From contig CAVVDA010000006.1 of the NCBI GenBank assembly GCA_963746875.1, positions 65,111-129,110 on the forward strand: a DNA stretch of 64,000 nucleotides. The letters are read 5' to 3'. A program made the translations under genes and the position numbers. The notes beneath the pieces were generated by a model. The model saw only the letters and a list, made by a program, of their open reading frames with translations, was not told where the DNA came from and searched no databases. Source of the stretch: Thermoanaerobaculia bacterium (lineage in GTDB: Bacteria > Acidobacteriota > Thermoanaerobaculia > UBA5066). How positions within the stretch are numbered: the first letter of the stretch is position 1; each line of letters begins with the position of its first letter. Positions 58,160-64,000 of this stretch are shown piece after piece.

Positions 58160-58913
58160 GGGACAGAATCTCCTCCGTCAGGCTGTAGTACTCGAGCGCG
58201 CCTGACGAGCGCGGAGCAAATGTGAAGATGGATTCCCGATACGCCGGCGACTCCTCGAGGCGAATGGACTTCGAGATCGTCGTCTTGAAGAGCTTTCCCT
58301 TGAAGACCTGGTCGATCTGGTTCTGGATGTCTTTCCCGAGCGTCGTGCGCTTGTCGTGAAGCGTGATCACGACGCCCAGGATCTGGAGGTTCGGATTCGG
58401 CCGGCTCTTGATCTTCTCGATCGTCTCGAGGAGATCGTCCGTGCCTTCGAGCGCGAAGTACGAGGACTGGATCGGAATCAGGATGTGCGTCGAGGCGACG
58501 AGCGCGTTCACCGTGATCATGCCGAGCGTGGGCGGCGTGTCGATGAGGATCGCGTCGTACTCCCCCGACTCTCGCACGACCTGGAGCTTGTCCTTGAGCC
58601 GGAAGTGCCCGTCCAGCTCGCCGAGGAGCTTCGACTCGACCTTCGCGAGCGAGATGCGGGCAGGCGCCACCGTGAGCTTCGGGACGCTCGTCTCCTTGAC
58701 GATGTCGAAGAACGAGACGTTCGGGTCGGTGAGCACGTCGTACATCGACTTTTCCACGTCCTTGCGGTCCACGAAGGACATCGTGGAGTTGCCCTGGGGA
58801 TCGAGGTCGATGAGGAGAGTCCGGAGACCCTTTTGCGCGAGCGCGGCGGCGAGATTGATCGCGGTCGTGGTCTTCCCCACGCCGCCCTTCTGATTTGCAA
58901 CGGTGATGATCAT
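58152..58913 (-). CDS. parA: chromosome partitioning ATPase ParA/Soj
   Basis: Intact 253-aa ORF with the deviant Walker A motif [16 protein letters not shown], plus [12 protein letters not shown] and [10 protein letters not shown]. Confidence 0.95.
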   Translation of the reverse strand: MIITVANQKGGVGKTTTAINLAAALAQKGLRTLLIDLDPQGNSTMSFVDRKDVEKSMYDVLTDPNVSFFDIVKETSVPKLTVAPARISLAKVESKLLGELDGHFRLKDKLQVVRESGEYDAILIDTPPTLGMITVNALVASTHILIPIQSSYFALEGTDDLLETIEKIKSRPNPNLQILGVVITLHDKRTTLGKDIQNQIDQVFKGKLFKTTISKSIRLEESPAYRESIFTFAPRSSGALEYYSLTEEILSRV

Positions 58914-58985
58914 GCGCCGGCGACGCGGATGATACGGAGGGGGCGAGGAGGCTTCAAGGACGAATCGTGCGTCCCGCCCGGAAAA

Positions 58986-59473
58986 TCACATCCGGTACTT
59001 GCCGAGGGTGTCCGGATCGGCTTCCTCGAGCCACTTTCTCAAGCCGCTCGGCGTTCTGCGCTTCCGCGGTGTCTTCCCCGCTCCGGCTCATCTCGAGGAC
59101 CGACTCCTCCACGAAGACGGGCGCCCGGAGCCGGAGAGCCAGCGCGATCGCATCCGACGGGCGGCTGTCGACGAGCACGTCCTTGTTCGCGACCCGGAGG
59201 TGGATCTGGGCGTAGAACGTGTTTTCCTTGAGGCTGTTGATGACGACGCGCAGCACGTCGCCCTCGATCTGCGTGATGAGGTTCTTGAGGAGATCGTGAG
59301 TCATCGGCCTGCGGCGTCGTGACGCCCTCCATCTGCAGCGCGATGGCGTTCGCCTCGAAGACTCCGACCCAGATCGGCAGGAAGTTCTTCTCCTCCTCGT
59401 CGCGCAGGATCACGACCGGCATGTTCGCGATCGGATCGACGATCAGCGCTTTGACGTCCATCTTGACGCTCAA
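58986..59473 (-). pseudogene. bifunctional nuclease family protein (DUF151/BFN); two +1 frame switches
   Basis: MPVVILRDEEEKNFLPIWVGVFEANAIALQMEG (ORF 59039..59473), then HDLLKNLITQIEGDVLRVVINSLKENTFYAQIHL ... DSRPSDAIALALRLRAPVFV (ORF 58954..59304). The natural end reads KWLEEADPDTLGKYRM, with the stop at 58986..58988. Confidence 0.7.
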
Positions 59474-59602
59474 GGCGGTCTCTCCTGGGACTCAATCTAG
59501 GGAGGAAACGCGGATAAAGCAAGGAAGAGGCCACAATCCACAGGCATTCGTCTGCTGTTAACTTCTTTTTTTAGAATGAATTAGAGAAGATTTCCAGAAG
59601 AC

Positions 59603-59701
59603 GGAAAAACCGGGATTTCTTAGAAGGTGCCCGTGCCGGGATCGCCCGCTCGTCGGCACTCGAGCTACGGCATCTCTCATTCGACCTTTCTAAGAAAATC
59701 C
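59603..59701 (-). terminator. long imperfect hairpin starting at the miaB stop, followed by a T5 run; arms belong to the recurrent TTCTTAGAAGGT motif
   Basis: GGATTTCTTAGAAGGT (59613..59628) pairs with ACCTTTCTAAGAAAATCC (59684..59701); the only differences are run lengths. Nested inner stems: GTGCCG/CGGCAC and CCGT/ACGG. On the minus strand the stem is followed by CGGTTTTTCC (59603..59612). Confidence 0.45.
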
Positions 59702-61058
59702 TCCTCTTCGATTCTCTCGTCTTCTTCCGAGCAGCGAGTTCGGAAAGCCCCGCTCGATCCGCACGTTCACGAGCGTGCCCGGGGGCAGCGCGGACTCCCC
59801 CGCGATGTTCACGACGCGGTTGCAGCGGGAGCGGCCGGAGCTGATGCGCCGCTTTCTGTCGAGACCCTCGACGAGCACCTCGAGCGTCCGTCCTTCCAGC
59901 TCGCGGTTCAGCTCGCCGCTGGATCTCCTGCTGAATCGCCATGAGGCGCGCGAGGCGCGCGAGACGCCTCCCGCGGCGTGACGTCGTGCTCCCAGCGGAG
60001 CGCGGCGGTCTGCGGGCGAGGCGAATACGTGAACGAGAAGACACCGGCGAACCTGCACCTCTTCGAGCAGCGAGAGCGTTGCGGCGAAGTCGTCGTCCGT
60101 CTCGCCCGGGAAGCCCACGATGACGTCGGTCGAGAGCGCGAGGTCCGGAATGGCGTCGCGCAGAGACGCCGACGAGGTCGAGGTACTCCGCGCGCGTGTA
60201 CTGGCGCTTCATGCGGCGCAGCACCGCGTCGGAGCCGGACTGGACCGGCAGGTGCAGCGCGGGAACGACCGCGGGCGTCTCGGCCATCGCCGCGATGAGG
60301 CGGGCGGAGAAATTGCGCGGGTGGGACGTCACGAAGCGCAGGCGCCGGAGTCCCGGCAGCGCGCCGACCGCGCGCAGGAGATCGGCGAGATCCTCGCCCG
60401 TCTCCGGATCGCGGAACGCGTTCACGGTCTGCCCGAGGAGCTCGATCTCCAGGGCTCCCTCGGCGAGCAGGCGGCGGGACTCGTCCACGACGTCGCTGCA
60501 GCCGGCGATTGCGCTCGCGCCCGCGCGTGCGGGGGACGACGCAGAAGGTGCAGTTCTTGTTGCAGCCCTCGATGACCGTGATCGCGGCGCGGTACGCCAC
60601 CGAGCGCGCGATCGCGCCCGGCGTGTAGACGACCTCGTCCGGGTCGAAGCCGGTCTCGCAGGGCCGGTCGTCCTCTTCCTCGACGCGGCGCAGAACCGAC
60701 GGAAGGGCTCTCGATGCGTCCCGTTCCGAGCACGAAGTCGACCTGCGGCAGGCGCTCGAGGAGTCTCTCCCCTTCCTGCTGCGCGACGCAGCCGCAGACG
60801 CCGAGCACGGTGTCCGGGCGCTCGCGCTTCAGCTTCGCGAGGCGCCCGAGCCGGTCGTAGACCTTCTGCTCGGCCTTGTCGCGAACCGAGCAGGTGTTGA
60901 GGAGAATGACGCCGGCTTCCTCGGGCGACGCCGCTTCGGAGAAGCCCTCGCGAGCGAGAAGCCCGACGAACCGCCGCCCGTCGAGGACGTTCATCTGGCA
61001 GCCCCACGTCTCCACGAAGACGCTTCGGGCCGCGCGGCGGAAGCGGAGGAACGCTCAC
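59690..61058 (-). pseudogene. miaB: tRNA (N6-isopentenyl-A37) methylthiotransferase MiaB; at least 5 frame switches
   Basis: ETWGCQMN, NTCSVRDKAEQKV, GVCGCVAQQEG, the radical-SAM cluster EGCNKNCTFCVVP (ORF 59908..60600), and a TRAM-like C-terminus (ORF 59690..60118). Confidence 0.85.
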
Positions 61059-61095
61059 GTCGCGAGCTTAGCAGGAGCGAAATCCTCGGTCGGCT

Positions 61096-61816
61096 CTATC
61101 GCAGCCAGCCCGGAGGGGCGTTCGACTTGCGGGCGTCCTCGGAGAGGTCGTCGAAGGCCTTGCGCGCGTCCTCGAGCTCCTGGCGCGCCTTCGCGAGGTC
61201 CTCGCGCGCCTTGTCCCACGCGGGCTTGACGACGGCGTCGCGCCTGTTGCCGTCGCTCATCGCGTAGAAGTCGTTCTCGAGCTGCTTCGATTTCGTCTCG
61301 AGCTCGCGCACGCGCAACTCGCCGTTCGCGACGGACGCTTTCGCACGTTCCACGAGGCTCCTCCAGTCGTCTTCGCTTCGCCCCTTGTCGTCGCGAGCGA
61401 CGTAAGGGGTGGCGGCCGGCGACGGAGCCGCCGAAGGCGCCTCCTTCCCGGAGGCCTTGGCCGGAAGAGCTCTTGCCGGCCGCGCCTTTGGGCGTCGGGG
61501 TCGGCGTGCCTCCTTTTCTCACGTTGTCGTTCGTGATCGTCCCGAGGGACTTTTTCGGCGGCTGATCCTTGCGCGCCTCCTTGGAGAGCTTCACGACGTC
61601 GGCGAGCGAGCGCCCGCTTCCCGAGGTCTGGGCCTTCCCCCCGGACAGAACGGGCGCGGCCGGGGTCGGGACCGGGGTCATCGACGTCGCGGACGCCGGG
61701 GTGGGCTCCGGGGTCAGGCCGGACAGCGCGGGCTCCTGTGCCGCGTTGACCGCGAGCGCGAGCGCGAGCGACCGCCGCGAGCGAGGTCAGCGCCTCGGCG
61801 GACCGCACGTCTTCAT
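61096..61816 (-). pseudogene. secreted coiled-coil protein of unknown function; 2-3 frame switches
   Basis: ATG 61816 overlaps the upstream stop (ATGA). Signal-like LTSLAAVARALALAV, a Pro/Thr/Lys-rich linker (ORF 61055..61681), and a C-terminal coiled coil intact in ORF 61096..61353 (LRVRELETKSKQLENDFYAMSD ... ARQELEDARKAFDDL). Confidence 0.4.
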
Positions 61817-62198
61817 GGCGTCGACGTTCCTTCGCGGCCGTAGCGGTCGGCGAGCCGGACCACGTCGTCGAGCTCCGGCGTCGAGACCTCGACGACGAGG
61901 CAGTCGGCTTCGCCCGCGTACATGCGGTGCCGCGTCCCGGGCTCCACGTGAAAGGTCTCACCGGGAGCGAGCCGGAGATCGGCCTTCTCCCCGGCCCTCT
62001 CGACCTCGAGCCCGAGGATTCCCTCGAGGACGTGGATCGTCTCTTCCTTGCGATTGTGGTACTGGTAGCGAGAGCGACTCGCCCGCCCGGATGAGGATCA
62101 GCTTGCCGGCGTACCGCCCGGTTTCGGCGAAGATGCGCTCCTCGCCCCACGGCTTCGGCGACGACCCGCGGCCGGCCGGTTCCGAAGGGCCCGCTCAT
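61813..62198 (-). pseudogene. small cupin-domain protein; 1-2 frame switches
   Basis: ATG 62198 overlaps the ptsI stop. Stitched frames give KPWGEERIFAETGRYAGKLILIRAGE ... HNRKEETIHVLEGILGLEVE ... LAPGETFHVEPGTRHRMYAGE ... VVEVSTPELDDVVRLADRYGR. Confidence 0.5.
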
Positions 62199-63968
62199 GC
62201 GCCGACCGCGGCGAGGTCGCGCAGCTCCTGCGCGAGGAACGACGCGACTTCATCCGCGGTCGACATCGAGAGCGCGGCCTGCGCGACGCGCTCGGCGTCC
62301 CGTGTGGAGACTCCGCGCAGGAATTCCTTCACCACCGGGACCGTGCGCGGCGCCCATCGAGAATTCGCGAATTCCGAGGCCGAGAAACAGCAGGACGAGC
62401 GCGGGGTCCGCGGCCATCTCGCCGCACACGGAGAGCGGCTTCTGGGCGGTCCGGGCCGCGTCGGCGACGCGCGCCACGAGGCGCAGCACCGCGGGATGTG
62501 TCGGCCGGAACAGGTCCGAGACCGTCTCGTTCGCACGGTCCACGGCGAGCGTGTACTGGATGAGGTCGTTCGTCCCGAGGGCGAGGAAGTCCACCTCGGG
62601 CGCGAGCAGATCGGCCGTCATCGCGGCCGAAGGAACTTCGATCATCGCGCCGAGCGGGACGTCGTCGGGCACGGCGATGCCCCGCTCGAGCACGTCCTCC
62701 CGCGCCTCCTTCAGGAGAATCCGCACGCGGCGGATCTCCTCGACGCCCGAGACCATCGGGACGAGGATGCGGAGGTTGCCGCCGAAGCGGCGGCGGCCAG
62801 CAGGGCCCGCAGCTGCGTGGAGAACATCTCCGGGCGCGCGAAGCACAGGCGCACGCCCCGGAGCCCGAGGACCGGATTGGATCTCGTCGGACCCGACGAG
62901 ATGGCGGGCGCCTTTCTTGCCGCCGAGGTCGTACGTCCGGATCACGACGGGGCGCGGCGCGAGACTCTCGAGGACCTCGCGGTACGCGAGCGACTGCTCT
63001 TCCTCGGACGGGAACTCGGTCGCCGTCCTTGGAAAGGTAGAGAAACTCGGACCGGAACAGGCCGACCCCGTCGGCCCCGTATTCCAGGACGTCGCGGACC
63101 TCGTTCAGGAGCTCGATGTTCGCCCGCACGAAAACCTCGGCGCCGTCGTGCGTGCGGGTGATGCCGTCGTGGCTGCGCTCCTTGAGCGACTTCTCGTGGC
63201 GGGCCTCCTGGTCGCGGCGCTCGCGGAAGAGACGCGACGACGCTCTCGGACGGCTCGCGCCAGACGAGCCCGTCCCGGCCGTCGACCACGACGCGGTCGC
63301 CCTCCGCGATTTCCGCGAGGAGCTGCGGCACGCCGACCACCGCGGGAAGGCCGAAGGAACGGGCGAGGATCGCGGCGTGGGACGTGCGGCCGCCGCGCTC
63401 GGTCACGAAGGCCACGACGCGGTCGCGCGGGATGCGCACGGCATCGGACGGCGTGAGCTCGTCCGCCACGAGGACGATCGCCTCTCCCGCGAGGTCCTCC
63501 ATCCTCAGGCGCGAGTACTCTTCGCCGCCGAGGTGCTTCTTGAGGATGCGCGCGACGTCGTCGATGTCGGCTCCGTGATGCGCGAAATCCTCGTCCGGCA
63601 GACTCCGGAACCGCGCCGAGAGGTCCGACGGTCGTTTCGGCGACCGCCCACTCGGCGTTGACTTTCTCGTGCGCGATCCGGCGCTCGATCGGGCCGAGAA
63701 AGGTGCGGTCCTTCAGGAACAGGGCGTGCGCCTGGAAGATCCCCGCGTACTCGGCGCCGAGGCTCTCCTTCACGTGCCGGGCCGTGGACTCGATCTCGTG
63801 GACGGCGGACTCGGCCGCCCGGCGGAACCGCTCGATCTCGGACTCGATCTCCTCCGGCTCGAGAGTCCGCTTCGGCGAGGAATCCTCTCGCGAGACCCAG
63901 AGCACGGCACGCCCGACGGCGACGCCGGGCGATACGGGGATCCCGGTGAGCGAAAGCGGACGCTTCAC
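62195..63968 (-). pseudogene. ptsI: phosphoenolpyruvate-protein phosphotransferase (PTS enzyme I); at least 6 frame switches
   Basis: GTG 63968 (KRPLSLTGIPVSPGVAVGRAV), the phospho-His motif GGRTSHAAILARSFGLPAVVG, then [29 protein letters not shown] and SVCGEMA. Confidence 0.9.
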
Positions 63969-64000
63969 CGTCCTATTGTAACGGTCGCGGCGTTCTAGTC

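Overview
Very GC-rich bacterial chromosomal segment, by eye about 65-70% G+C (not computed). The gene content (a TonB receptor with a CarboxypepD_reg-type N-terminus, a fused MFS/spermidine-synthase protein, a SahR-type regulator) suggests an Acidobacteriota-like lineage, but that is inference only. I recognise about 45 protein-coding loci and no rRNA, tRNA, CRISPR array, transposase or prophage.

Housekeeping content:
- Left part: hppD, an isopropylmalate-synthase-family gene, xerD, a lytic transglycosylase, guaA, purU, hemF, glgP.
- Right part: dnaE, a CCA/poly(A)-polymerase-family gene, rsmD, metK-sahR-ahcY, lptFG, parAB, a bifunctional-nuclease gene, miaB, ptsI.

The middle (about 19-45 kb) is accessory-like:
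- A PAS-GGDEF-EAL protein, a porin, a mini periplasmic-binding protein, a GAF histidine kinase with a NarL-type regulator, and a 670-aa secreted protein built from two duplicated modules.
- An approximately 15-kb copper block. On the minus strand: a candidate Cys-rich small ORF, an OprC/NosA-like TonB-dependent receptor carrying CxxxM and HxM motifs, and a roughly 1,375-aa multicopper oxidase with two FN3 domains. Divergently on the plus strand: a Tat-signal multicopper oxidase, CusB with a C-terminal YHS-type domain, and CusA.

Major caveat: most conserved genes are broken by single-base frame switches, on the order of 80-100 in the window (estimated by eye). Nearly all the junctions I resolved are +1 insertions that duplicate a neighbouring G or C. 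This looks like consensus or assembly error rather than gene decay. Coordinates for disrupted genes are therefore full-span estimates stitched from several ORF-track fragments, and the many long Arg/Gly/Pro-rich ORFs antisense to real genes are ignored.
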